Shown: positions 13,291 through 25,928 of the stretch, in pieces | How the letters are laid out: each line of letters begins with the position of its first letter | How positions within the stretch are numbered: the stretch's first letter is position 1 | DNA from: Callorhinchus milii | Lineage: Eukaryota | Reading direction: 5' to 3' | DNA: 64,000 bases | Assembly: GCF_018977255.1 (NCBI RefSeq) | Contig: NW_024704742.1 | Span: 133,922,001 to 133,986,000 of the forward strand | Notes under the pieces: model-generated | Seen by the model: the letters and a program-made list of their open reading frames with translations, nothing else | Databases searched by the model: none | Told to the model about the DNA's origin: nothing | Program-made: the position numbers and the translations under genes

Positions 13291-14914
13291 TTCTGACATG
13301 AAAGGTGTGAAAGCTGCTATATAAATGCAATGTGTCATTGTTATTTGATTATGATGGGTCGTGATGCGGGTAGGCGGAGGATGAGAGATCAGATATCACT
13401 GGTGATAAGGTCACACTCCACATTTTCTTCCTCCTTCCCCCTTCCCCCATCCCCATCCCAGGACTAACAATAACTATAACAAAATGGAGTCTTTAAAAGT
13501 AAGTGGGTGATAAACACATCAACAGTCTCAAAGATACATAATAATCATTGTATTAGGTATCGCTCGTTTCAGGTCGTTATGTCTCGAGGTAATAGCATCA
13601 AGTATGGTGACTTTGTGTTTTGGTAAATACAGTAGCCAAATTGCGCACAATAATAATACATTGGGACTTTGAACTCAGTCAAGGCTGACACTCCAATGCA
13701 GTGCTGGGGTGTTCTCCATTATCAGAGGTGCCATCCTTCAGATGAGCCAATAAACTAAGGCCGCATCTGCCTGTTCAAATGATCATTAAGTGGGCCTCAG
13801 TGTTCGAAAAGAGAAAGGAGTTAATCAGCAACAATCCCTGGAATAAAATACATTGATGTATACCACAAACAGATATGGAGTGAATGATGAATTCTTATCC
13901 AATTCTTATTGTTGATCTGCCTATAAAATTCTGTATATGCAAAAAAATTGGATTTGTTTACAAAATACACAGAGTCACTATAAGTAAAATCCTGTGAAGT
14001 TCATTGACATGTATATGTATTATTGATACTTAAATTAATTTGGAAAACAGAAGAGCGGGCACTAGATATTCACAGGTTGAATTGACAAATGAGCCATGAA
14101 GCAACGACTATAATATATGTGGAAGTTGATTCTCCATTGCTGGTCCTTCCACTGAATTAACTACCGTTCTCGTGATTAATCCCTACTAATTGTTACAATG
14201 AACACATAGAAAGGAACCAGTTCCCATCGGGAATGCAAATGCTTTATGCCATTTGCTAAACGAATGCCAGATGGCTCCAGTTAGGGAAACTGAGATGTTG
14301 CGAAATATGTAATTACCTAAGTCACGTCAGCTTTGTTCATTTTATAGTTGCATGATTTTTAACCAAAGTTAAAATCGCCCACTTGTAGATAATGTTCAGT
14401 GCATGAGCCAAAGGGCTGAAATTACATGCCAATTCACATTCTCTGTAATCTGAATCAGGGAGGGTGGTGGGTCGCTGAGACTAGTATCCTGGAATCATTT
14501 AAGAAACAACTTGATTCTTCGACTTGCCTACTCCCTTGGCTTCACCTTGCCCCATCCCTTGCTCCTTCAAGGCCCGTCTCAAGACCCTCCTCTTCGACTG
14601 CACCTTCGGTCACGCTCCTACCCCTACCTTACCTGCTCTGCACCCTTCCTGATCCCAAACCCGAGCTCGGAGGCACATTCTTGACTGTCCAGCGCCTTGG
14701 GATGAAAGACGCTACACAAACGTAATTTGTTGTTGGTAATGTTGTCGTCATGGGAGGACATACATGGGGAGGATGAGATCAAATGAACCAAAGGGCCTTG
14801 TCCATGCAAAGCGCTCTTATCATCCTCTGTTAAATAGGTTTTATTCTGTCATTACTAATGTTTCTAATGCAGAGCTGAGCATCAACACCTCCCAGGTGTT
14901 AGGCGGTAATTTAC

Positions 14915-15312
14915 AATAACAATCCTTGCATTTGATATAGTGCTTTTCACATCAGAAGGATGTCTCAAAGCATGTCACGGGATACTCTATGAAATGTAGG
15001 CGACCGTGGCAGCCAATTTGCATGCATCGATGTCCCACAAACAGCCATGAAATTTTATTCAGGGAATTGTTGGTCAGTACACCAGGAGAAGCTCACTTCT
15101 CTTTTCAAATAGCGCAATGGTATCTTTAACGTCCAGCTCAATTTGCAAACAGGACCTTGATTTAATGCCTCAACCAAAGAATGACAATGCAGCGCTTTAC
15201 CTACCATTGCATTGGAATGTCTGTCTAGATTTAAGTTCAAAGTCCCAATGTGGGGTTTGAATCTATCAGCTTCTGACTCAGGTTGCAGAGCTACCAACTG
15301 AGCTAGGCTGAT
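14915..15312 (-). mobile_element. Deu-domain-type SINE
   Basis: Reverse complement of 39715-40085 with (ATT) tail. Confidence 0.8.
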
Positions 15313-16198
15313 ACATTTGATAAACTGAGGCTCTTAAGCCTTGAAAAGAGGCATTCGAGTGAGGACTTTATAGACTTTATGTGTGCAATTGGCTGCCGCG
15401 TTTCACCCACACAACACATAGGCATTCCACTTTACAGTATATCCTGTGAGGCGCTTTGAGTCTTCTCAACGACGTGATAAGGTGATAAGGTGCTTTATCA
15501 AATGCCAGGATTATTATTATCATTATATAAGTATGTAAGATGCTAAATGTGAATGAGACAGTAAAAACAAAATGACACTTGGAGATGCATCAAGGCAAAT
15601 AACAAAATGTTCCTGTGATCTTCCCATTTTTATTTTGTTTTCCTTAACATTTAGGAGTCAACTCAGAGACTATCTGAGTTCTTCCAGTTATTTCTGTAAT
15701 TATTTTGTTGGCCAACCTTCAACCATAGAAATAGTAAAACAGGGTAGATTTACATGATAATATTCAATCCCGGAACATTCATTGTGTTGGTCAACCAAAG
15801 AGATTTCCCACCACTGGTGCAAATTATTACATGACAATCGTGATAACAGGAACTTGTGACCTTTATGTTAGATAATGTCTCGGAGCCTTTCCCAAAGATG
15901 GAGCGGGGAGGAAGGGAAGGTGACAAAAGGCACAGTGGAAAAGTTAGGTTTCTAAGAACAATTTGAAGACAGATAGAGTGGGCACAAAGGAATGGTGGAG
16001 ACAGAGAGTTTCAGGTAGTAGGCGAGTAAGAGCTGAAAGCTCAATTATCAATGGTGGCGCAGAGGGTTAGGTGGAGGGGAGCGCAGAGCAGGTTAGCGGA
16101 GCAGATAGGGGCAAGCAGAGGAACAGGGTAGGAGGAAATCACAGAGATAAGGAGGTGCTAGGGAGTGAAGGAATTCTTAGGTGAGGATGAGGACCTTG

Positions 16199-16525
16199 AG
16201 TGGAGTCCTGTAGCTCAGTGGTTAGAGCACTCGCTTTGCAAGTGAGAGACCTGAGTTCAGTTCCAGGCAGAGGGCCAAACCTTGGGCAAGTTTTCTTACT
16301 CCACACGCCTAATAATAATCCCTCCAAAAAACAAAACAATAATAACTTGGTCATTTTCAATCTACGACTGTTTGTGGGACATTGCTGTGCGCAATTGACT
16401 GCCGGGTTCGCTGACAAATATACAGTCAATTCACTTTACAGTATATTCTGTGAAGCGCTTTGAGATGTCTAGAAGACGTGAAAAGCGCTGTATCAAATGC
16501 AAGGATTATTATTATTAATATTATT
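16199..16525 (+). mobile_element. tRNA(Ala-like)-headed SINE, short form, young
   Basis: A box TAGCTCAGTGGT, anticodon-like ctTTGCAag, B-box-like GAGTTCAGTTCC; 3' stem-loop and (ATT)n tail; many copies in the window. Confidence 0.9.
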
Positions 16526-16765
16526 TGAGTCGATTTATTGGGAGGCAGGGATAAGACCTGTACAAAATAAATCAATCCTGTCCTGGTTTGAAATTAATGA
16601 TTCAGTGGATTAACAATAACATGCTTTACAAGGAGTCATTTCCCAGACTATGATTGCAACCACCTGGTCTTGATACTACAGTGACATGAAAGCAATCATC
16701 CTTAGCAGCAAGATCGAAATCTCCCTGTGTCTGGAATGGAATGTAAGCTCTCTCTCCCAGGAAGG

Positions 16766-16950
16766 AATAATAATAATAATAATAATAATCCTTGCATTTG
16801 ATATAGCGCTTTTCACGTCGGGAGGACGTCCCAAAGCGCTTCACAGAACACACTGTAAAGTGAATTGACTGTATATTTGCGGGCAAACGCGGCAGCCAAT
16901 TATGCACAGCAATGTCCCACAAACAGTCGTAGATTGAAAATGACCAATTG
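16766..16950 (-). mobile_element. 5'-truncated SINE with L2-type inner loop
   Basis: (AAT)n ccttgcatttgatatagcgcttttcacgtcgggaggacgtcccaaagcgc. Confidence 0.85.
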
Positions 16951-17819
16951 AAAATGAACTCTGCTTACTTAGTCCTGGAGAAAATTAGGTGAAGGTTGGC
17001 AACAGCCAAGGCTGGCAGATCCTACAATAATCATTGAGGTGACTGTTGGAGTTTAAACAGCTAAAACCAGTATTGCTTGTCATTGAGAGCATTGTCTGGC
17101 AAACATCCTGCTGCTTGTCCAGCTAGGACCATCGTTCCCTTTAGTTAATACTTTGGATTAACAAGGGTTGGGTGGGAAGAATCACTGCTCCAAATCCTGA
17201 CAATGAGCCAGGCTGTGTTAGCAAGACGTTTTTGGAAGATACAGAAGGACAGATGTTTGAATGGCCTGGACACGTTTGAACAATCAGCAAAGACATAATA
17301 GCTCCCAAGAATTAACAAGAAAGAAGCAGATGGACAAACAAAGAGTTGGAAGGCTCCATTTTCTACTCTCTGAAGGGCTGCCCTTTCTCTGTTCTGAGCA
17401 CTGTACAGCTGACAATAGATTGTGGTCTTCAGATCAGAATCACTCGCAACAGATGCATAGGCTATTGGCGAGCAGTTGCTAAACAGATCAACTTCACCTG
17501 TTCCACAAGGTTCTGATGGTTTTACTTGCAATAAATGAAAGTGGACATGTTATATTTGGTCAACTGACCACAGAAATTGAGTCAAAATTTGTGGAATGCA
17601 TTATAGTATTTCTTATTGTCTGACGCATGTTTAACACATGGAGAAACTCATCAATGTGTTTTAGTGTACTCAAACCAGACAGCGAGACACATATGTATGC
17701 CACATAGCCATGGAAATCTCCCTGTTTGCTGGGATGGAATGCACTCTCTCGATCCAAAGCTTCAGATCTCAGAGTCTCGGAGTAACAATGGGGGGAATCT
17801 AGCTTCCCCCACCGTTCCT

Positions 17820-18122
17820 CTCTAAATCTATTCCTTGCTCTTTCCCCATCATGTCCGTACTGGCTCTCGGTCCCCCACTGGAGATATCTACTCTAATCCG
17901 GTTCCTTGCTTTTTCCCAATCACTGGTGCTAGCTCTCCCACTCTCTGCTCTAATTCCATTTCCTTGCTCTTTCCCCATCAATTCTGTGCTAACTCTAGCA
18001 TCCCTACTGGAGATATCTACTCTAATCTCGTTCTCCTATGTTTTCCCCATTATGTCTGTGTTGGCTCTCACTCTCCCACTGGAAGTCTCTTCTCTAATCC
18101 CATTCCCCTGCTCTTTCCCCTT
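17820..18122. repeat. Diverged tandem repeat, ~72-bp unit, 4-5 copies
   Basis: CTCTAA anchor at 17820, 17891, 17948, 18020, 18092, each followed by a ttcc.tgctctttcccc-like block. Confidence 0.8.
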
Positions 18123-18209
18123 TTAATCTTACATTTCCTCAGGCTCCTTTAGTTTTAACCGCTGTTACAGACTCAACTCTAGTAGTTATTTTGTGGTAAA
18201 CATTCCACA

Positions 18210-18595
18210 TTATAATAATAATAATCCTTAGTTTTGAATATGGAGCCTTATTACGGCATTGATACGTCTCAAAGCATTTCACATAGTATATTCTAAAGTG
18301 AATTAACTGTGCATTTTGTGGGGGAAACATGGCAGACAATTGGCACAGCAGTATCCCACACACAGTCGTGGATTGAGTGACCAAATTATTATTACTGTAT
18401 TTTTTTTGGAAGGGATTATTACTCCCGGAAAGTGACCCGCCAATCAACTAACAATCGGGTTTCTACTTACTGCTAGTTAGACAGAAGTTTGTAGAGTAAG
18501 AAAACCTACCTTAGATTTTTCCCCGCTAAGGAATTGCACCTGGTCCTCTCATTTGCAAGGCGAATGCTCTAACCAATACGCTACAGGACTCCAAG
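18210..18595 (-). mobile_element. tRNA-headed SINE, long form
   Basis: Ends gctacaggactcca (reverse of the head); long-form insert present. Confidence 0.85.
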
Positions 18596-19019
18596 TTTAA
18601 AATAAACTTTGAGTGTATATATTCATATGTAATAGAAAAATAATCTTCTTCCCTTCTTACCTCATGTCATCTCGTGACTGACTCACTGATCAGTCAAAAT
18701 CTCTCTCTCTCTCTTTCTCTCTCTAATATCCATGTTGACATTTCAAACTGAGAGGTTTACATTCTTTCAGGGGATTTTATTTATGTGTATAAGAACAAGC
18801 TTTGTATTTGTGGACAGGCCTGCTGTGAAACGTGCAGTCTGGCTTTTAAACTATTGAGTGCAAACTATCAGCATTAATTTTCATTGTTAAGCTTTTCCGA
18901 ACTTACTTGAGAGAAAGAGAAACCACGGTGTGGAATTTCACGCCAAAATGTTAGGAGAGGAGTGAGGGTTCTGTTCACTGCTGGAGCATGGGTGCGGACA
19001 TCTGCCCATAATTAACATT

Positions 19020-20485
19020 AGACTTTCCTTGGACCCATCACTGCTCTCAAATTACCACCTCATCTTTAACCTCCCTTTCCTTTCCAAGGTCTGGAATGAT
19101 TCGTTGCTTCCCAGCTTCGCTCCTTCCTCTCCTGCCACTCCCTTCACAAACCCCTCCAATCGTGTTTCCATGCCGCCCACAGCACAGAAACAGCTTCGGT
19201 CAAAATAACAAATCACATTTTGTCCATCTGTGACCAGAGCTCCCTCTGCTTCCTCGTCCACCTTGACTTCTCTGCTACCTTCGATACAGTTGACCACTCT
19301 ATCCTCCTCTGCCTCTCCTCTCAGCTCAACCTTCACAGTTCTGTCCTTGAGTAGTTCAGAACATACCTCTCACACTGTGTCCACTTCATCTCCACAAACG
19401 ACTTCTCTATCCCCCATACTATTCCTCAGGGCTCTGTCCTTGGTCTCCTACTCTTCAATATCTATATGCTCCCTTCCCTCTTGGTGACATCATCCGCAGA
19501 TATGGGGTCAACTTCCACATGTATGTGGATGACACCGAACTCTATCTCTCTGCCTCCACCATTGACTTCAGGACCACTGCTGTCCTGACAGAATGTCTGG
19601 AATACATCAAGTCCTGGATGAGAGCTGACTTTCTACAGTTGAACGTCAACAAGACCGAGGTCCTCCTGATTGGCCCCATCACCGCCTCCACACCTCAGGC
19701 AACGACAGCATTACTATCCATGGATGCACTGTACCCCATTAAGCCAAACATGAACCTTGGTGTTTTGTTTGACCCTCAACTGTCCTTTCTACCCCGAATC
19801 CATGTCATGACCCCTCTGCCTTCCCCCACCTGCACAACATTGCCCAACTCTGCCACTGCCTCACCCCTCAGGCCACAGAAGCCCTCATCCATGCATTCAT
19901 CACATCTAGGCTTGACTGCCCCAACTCCTTGCTTGTCAGTCTTCCCAACTCTTCGCTCCACAAGCTGCAGATTATTGAGAAATCTGCAGTTCATGTACTT
20001 TCCTGCACCAGGCTCTATAACCCCATCACCCCCACCCTCGCCCAGCTCCACTGGCTCCCCAACCCTCCGAGGATAGAGTTCAAAATCCTCATCTTCCCTT
20101 TCAAGGCCCTACATGGCCTTGTCCCTCCCTACCTCTGCGACATGCTAATCCCATATCAACCTGTCCGTTCCCTTTGCTCAGCAGGCTGTGGCCAGCTCCA
20201 CATCCCCCACCCCCAGCCCCCCTCCCATCGGTGTTTGGGCCTTCAGCCTTTCTGCCCCCACCCTGTGGAACTCCATCCACATTCCCTTCACCTCGCTCCC
20301 TCCCTTGCCTCCTTCAGGACATGTCTCAAAACCCTCTTCTTCGACAAGCCTTCGGCCACCCTCCTACCCTCCCTGTCCTCAACTCTGCCCGATCCCAACC
20401 CCCAGCTCAGGTCTCTGACTGTCTAGCGCATTAGACATCCTCCCGACATGAAATGCACTATACAAGTGTTATTTTGTATTGTATT
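19020..20485 (+). mobile_element. L2-clade LINE, 5'-truncated and degraded (RT to 3' tail)
   Basis: MYVDDTELYLS, FLQLNVNKTEVLLIG and LAQLHWLP..RIEFKIL in broken frames; (TTGTA)n tail. Confidence 0.92.
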
Positions 20486-21434
20486 ATAGAACTAGATTAA
20501 CCCCTCTTAATGTATGCTCTGGTCGTGGACAGCTTTTCATTAAGTAGCTCTTACATCTTCGGTAATTATTTAATAATCCATGCATTTGATATAGCGCCTT
20601 ATCACAAGAACAAGAACAAATGATATTGTATATCGCCTTTCACATCAGAAAGACATTGCTGAAACGTCTCAAAGCTCTTCACAGGATATATTGTAAAATG
20701 GTTTTGACTGTGTGTTTGTAGGTGAAATGTGGCAGCCAGTTGCACAACAATGTCCCACAAACAGCCTTGGAGTGAGTGATCAATTTTATTTGGGAAGATT
20801 TGTTGGCCTGGATACCGGGAGAAACTCCCTTCTCTTTTCGAATAGTTCCATAGGATTTTAATGTCCACTTGAACAGGCAGCTGGACATCGGTGTAATGTC
20901 TCATCTGAAGGACAGAACCTCCGACAATGAAATTCACCCCCAGCTCTAGTATTTGGAGGCAACCGGGATCTCGACTTACTCCACTGGGCAACATTTCATA
21001 GAATCCAGAATTTAGAAAATTGTTAATTTTACAGCTTTAATTCTGAAGCCGTTTTTCTGTAAGTTCTTGTTGAGAAACTGCAGAAAAACAGATAAGGATG
21101 AACTCAACAATTTGTCAAATTCAAAAATTAGTACTCTGAAACACTACATAAATAGAGGGAACCTAGACCCAGCTGGAATTTCTCCCAAAAATGTCCTTTA
21201 ATATCTCGGGCGGAGGAGTGAGGGGAGAGTTAAATCGTAAAATTTTTGATGACATCTATAAACATGAAAAGAATTGATATGAAGAGCTTTGAGATGTTTG
21301 GTAATTTAAGAGACTATAAAGATACAAGTTCTTTCTTAATTCCCTTCACAGTTTCTGATGCATCAATTTTAACCTTTTACTTAATTCCCTCATTCCTTCC
21401 ACAAATTCCTCTCAATATATGATGTGTCGGGTCG

Positions 21435-21825
21435 ATTTCAAGATCCTCACACTCGTTTTCAAAACCCTTCATGTCCTGGCACCTCCGTACCTCTCCTCTC
21501 CGACCTACTTACCCACCAACCCACAACTCGCTGCCTCCGCTCGACTGGCTCTGGCCTCCTGCATTGTCCCTGTGCTCTGAAACATGGCCATTGGTGGCCG
21601 TGCTTTCAGCCACTATGCCCCAAACTCTGGAACAGTCTTCCCTCTATCCTTCCGCCTTGTCCCTTCCTTCCCCTTTTTCAGGTTGCGTCTGAAGACCTTC
21701 TTATTCGACCGTGCCTATGGTCACCTTCCCCTCCCTCTGGCTCGGAGCCGTGCTCCGCCACCATCAAGCGCTCTGGGACACTACCCTGCGTGAAGAGCTA
21801 TATAATTGTAAGTTGTTGTTTTTGT
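21435..21825 (+). mobile_element. L2 3' fragment (second subfamily)
   Basis: IGGRAFSHYAP...LKTFLFDRAYG; ends taagttgttgtt. Confidence 0.8.
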
Positions 21826-22039
21826 TGCCGCATATGAAAGAATAGACTAAGCTCAAAACTCCTGATCCGATTGATGTATCTCACTCTCAGTGTGGACCGT
21901 AACTCAGCTGCAATATCAGCATTCAGGCAAACACTTCTTTAGCTTCAGAATGATATTTCACGCATCTTCATAATAGATCCCCCACATAGCAATACATAAT
22001 AATTATTATTATTATCAACAATAATAAATAACGAGTACA

Positions 22040-22430
22040 GTAATAATCCTTGCATTTGATATAGCGCATCTTCTTTTAAGAGGCTGTCTTGCAGCGCTTT
22101 TCATGATTCTCTGTAAAGTATAAATGTATTTTGTAGGCGAACATGGCAGCCAACTTGCACACAGCAATGTCCCACAAGCAGACATTAAGTGAATGACCAA
22201 TTTTTTCTGGAGGGTCTGTTGGCCAGGACACTGAGAGAAAAAGCCTTCTCTTTTTGAATAGCGCCATGGGATCTTCAACATCCAACTGACCAGGACATGA
22301 CCTCAGTTCAGAATTTCATTGGAAGGACAGCATACCTAATCATCCAGTATTGGAGTGCCAGATGAGACTAAGTGAGTTCATTCAAGGTCCCAACGTAGGG
22401 TTTCTGGGATGAGAGTGCTACCAACTGACT
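22040..22430 (-). mobile_element. Deu-domain-type SINE
   Basis: gaatagcgccatgggatcttcaacatcc core in antisense plus shared body. Confidence 0.8.
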
Positions 22431-23827
22431 TGTGTACAATTATGAGGATCATGTGATTTCGCAAGCTCAGACCCACAGAAAGTCAATGTAATAATACAAC
22501 ATATTAATCTTTAGCTGTGTCTGTAATGTCAGTTTAAAGTCAACCTTTGAAAAATGGGGTTGCTCAGTCCAAGGACCCCTGCTCCAGTAGTTTACCAGAT
22601 CATGGTATCCGGTGTTAAAGAAAAATTCATTTTGCCCATTGTGTCAGCCTGGCTCAGTACTCTCAGCCTCTGAATCAGAAGGTTGTGGGTTCGAGCCACA
22701 TGTCATGATTTGGAGCTCACATAGTCTAGGCTAACGTTCTCATTCAGTGCTGGGGGAAACCCTGCACTGTTGGAGGTTTTGTCCTTCTGATGACACATTC
22801 AACCAAGGCCCCATTTATCTGTACAGTTGGACTTAACAACAACAACAAATTGCACAATACAGTGCCCTTAACGCGAGGTAGCATCTCAGAGCGCTTAACA
22901 GTGATGTAGTTTGACTCTGAGCCAGTGGAGAGAGGGGAGGTGACCATAGGCACGGTCGAAGAGGAAAGTCCCTCGGTGTGATATGAAGACTTAAGCACAG
23001 CTGATGGATTTCTGTATGTGACAGACACCCAGCTGATAAAAAACACACAGAATTCTAGCACAATTCTGGGCGATCTTAAATTTGAAGACAAAAGAGACTT
23101 GCTTAGACCAAATGCTTTGAACCTCCAAATGCTTGCAGATTTGAGAACTAGCCTTATCTGTTACTCAAATAATATTCCTAATAGAAATTATTGTTGCATT
23201 TGATATAGTGCCTTTTCGTGTCATTGAGACGTCTCAAAGCCCTTCACAGAATATACAGCAAAGTGAATTGACTGTACATTTTGTGGGCAAAACGTGACAA
23301 CCAATTGTGCTCAGCAGTGTCCCACAAACAGTCATGGATTGAGTGACTAATTTTTGTTAAGGGAAAGCGACCACCAATTGACTAACAACCGAGTTTCTAC
23401 TTACTGCTGGGTGAACAGAGGCATGTGGAGAATGGAAAGTTGCCTAAGGTTCCTTGTGTCCACATTTCAACTTCCACAAAATCTGCCAGACAGGGTTCCT
23501 CACCCCTCGTTGATACGTTCAGCGTGGAGGGAGAGAAAAGCTAACATTTGAGCACAGCTGTTAGTCAGCTGCGGGACTGACACTGATGTGACGTTGAGGG
23601 TCACAGGAACATCTGTGGCTCTTGCCCCAGCCTCTAGCTGAGGGAAGCTGTGTGGTCAGCAAGGACAAGTGGTCAATCAGGACCATTAGTGCAGCACAAT
23701 GATGAAACACGACCCTGAGCCTTTCCTTTGACCAGCTTGATAGCCACCACTAGTGGTTGTGAAAGATACTGCAATTGTGTCTGTCTGCCTGCATTTCAGC
23801 CCGGCCTGATTGAACTTTTAACAGTTG

Positions 23828-24205
23828 TGGAGTCTAGTAGTAGAGCGGTTAGCATGCTCACCTCACAACCGAGGGGACCTGGGTTTGATTCCCAGGCAGG
23901 GCGAAACCTTAGGCAAGCTTCCTTACTCCATACGCCTGTTTACCCAGCAGTAGGTATGAAGCCGGTTGTTAGTTGATTGGCCGATCGCTTTCTGGGGGTA
24001 ATAATCTCTCAAAAAAAATTATATCATGCATTATGGTCACTCAATCCACTATTTGTGGTACACTTCTGTGTGCAATTGGTTGCTACGTTTCTCCCACAAA
24101 ATACACGGTCAATCGACTTTACAGTATATTCTGAGAAGCACTTTGAGACATCTCAACAATGTGCTAAGTTGCTATATCAAATGATAGCATTATTATTATT
24201 AATCT
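23828..24205 (+). mobile_element. tRNA-headed SINE, long form
   Basis: gtggagtctagtag...gggtttgattcccagg head, full body and tail. Confidence 0.82.
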
Positions 24206-24827
24206 AATTCCAATGTACTCCTTTATACCACTTGCTGAGCGATGTGGTCTGAGCTCACCCATTTATCTGATTCATGAACCGTTTGATTTGTGAAGGAACT
24301 GACTCTTTGGAAACCTTACAGAAGCCACCGCCCCCAGTCTCAGATAACTGGCTAATTGTAGCTGACACTGCCACCAATAGTGTCCGCCAACGTCCTTGTG
24401 AAGATTTTGCCAATTGTGTCAGCCTGGCTCAGCTGGTAGCACTCTCGGTCTCTGAGAAAGAAGGCTGTGGGTTCGAGCCACATGTCAATAATCAGTAATA
24501 CTTTCTAGTGTTATGATTGATTCCCTTTGATTCCCAAAGCCTTTCACTCTGTTGTAGACTAATCCATATGGAATTAATTGCTATCGACATCTCCAGGATG
24601 GTACAGGATGGTTGAAAGTGAAACAGTTGGGCCTTGGTCTTTTCTCGTCTAACAATTCCTATGTTCCTATGAGGCTGTTGTTGTTGTTTTTGCCCGATGT
24701 TAAATTGCCAATCAGTGACTTCTCCTTGAATAGGAGAGGGAAGTAAGCAGGGTCTCCGTGGAGCTGAACTGGCTTCAAGGTGACATATTTAGCAATGAAA
24801 TGTCAGAATCGAGCCTACCCTGTAGCT

Positions 24828-25150
24828 GTGGAGTCCTGTAGCTCAGTGGTTAGAGCACTTGCTTTGCAAGTGAGAGACCTGAGTTCAATTCCAGGCAGAG
24901 GGCGAAACCTTGGGCAAGTTTCCTTACTCCACACAGAGCCTAATAATAATCCCTCCAAAACCAAAAACATTGGTCATTTTCAATCTACGACTGTTTGTGG
25001 GACATTGCTGTGCGCAATTGGCTGCCGCGTTCGCCCACAAATATACAGTCAATTCACTTTACAGTGTGTTCTGTGAAGCGCTTTGGGACGTCCTCCTGAC
25101 GTGAAAAGCGCTATATCAAATGCAAGGATTATTATTATTATTATTATTAC
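24828..25150 (+). mobile_element. tRNA-headed SINE, short form, young, with L2-type inner loop
   Basis: Head nearly identical to 16199; 3' gggacgtcctcctgacgtg; long (ATT)n. Confidence 0.9.
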
Positions 25151-25254
25151 CCTCTGAGGCGGTCGCGGTAGTCTGGTTCCTGAGCTAGAGCAGTGCTGAT
25201 AACAGACCAGACAGCCTGGTTCAATTGGAGGTACAAACCTATTAATTGGAGGTG

Positions 25255-25825
25255 CAACTCCCTGCTTGACGGCCTTCCGAACTCTTCCCTCCAAGAGCTT
25301 CAGATCATTTAGAACTCTGCAGCTCTTGTCCTCTCCCGCACCAGACTCTGTGACCCCATCACGCCCATCGTTGCTCAGCTCCACTGGCTCCCCATCCCCC
25401 AGAAGAGAGTGTTCAAAATTCTTGTCCTTGCCTTCAAGGTCCTCCACGGCCTTATCCCTCCCTACTTCTGGACCTACTAACCCCATATCAACATGTCCGC
25501 TCCCTCTTCTCAGCAGTCTGTGGCCTGCTCTCCCACCTGACCCACCCCACCAACAACGATTGGGCCTTTCTGCCCCCATCCATCCCCCTCCATCTCATGT
25601 TCCCTTCACCTCGCCACCTTCCCTTGCCTCTTTCAAGATCCGTCTCAAGTCCTTCCTCTTCGACCTCGCTTTCGAACACCCACCTAGCCCTACCCTCCTT
25701 GCCCTCCAATCTTCCTGATCACAACCCCCAGGTTTGGTCCAAGTCTTTGACAATCCAGCTATTTGAGATGTCTCCCCGACTTGAAAAGCACTTTACAAAT
25801 GTAATTTGTTTTTGTCGTTGTTGTC
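25255..25825 (+). mobile_element. L2 3' fragment
   Basis: Similar to 19920-20485 and 58185-58902; (GTT)-type tail. Confidence 0.85.
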
Positions 25826-25849
25826 TGATTTGGATACTCTTAAGTGTGG

Positions 25850-25928
25850 ACGCGGTAGATTTTCTTTTGGTCAGGTGGGTTACCGCACATGTCAGACACC
25901 CACCTGACCAAAAGAAAATCTACCGCGT
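25850..25928. repeat. Perfect 31-bp inverted repeat with 17-nt spacer
   Basis: ACGCGGTAGATTTTCTTTTGGTCAGGTGGGT (25850-25880) and ACCCACCTGACCAAAAGAAAATCTACCGCGT (25898-25928) are exact reverse complements. Confidence 0.95.

Noticed and set aside
16200..16275. tRNA-Ala-like sequence (also 24829, 12010-12082, 35930-35998, 46300-46370)
   Set aside because: A/B boxes are present but there is no proper acceptor stem, and each runs into a SINE body. These are SINE heads, not tRNA genes.
17820..18122. CRISPR-like periodicity
   Set aside because: Eukaryotic context, degenerate repeats, related rather than unique spacers, no cas genes.
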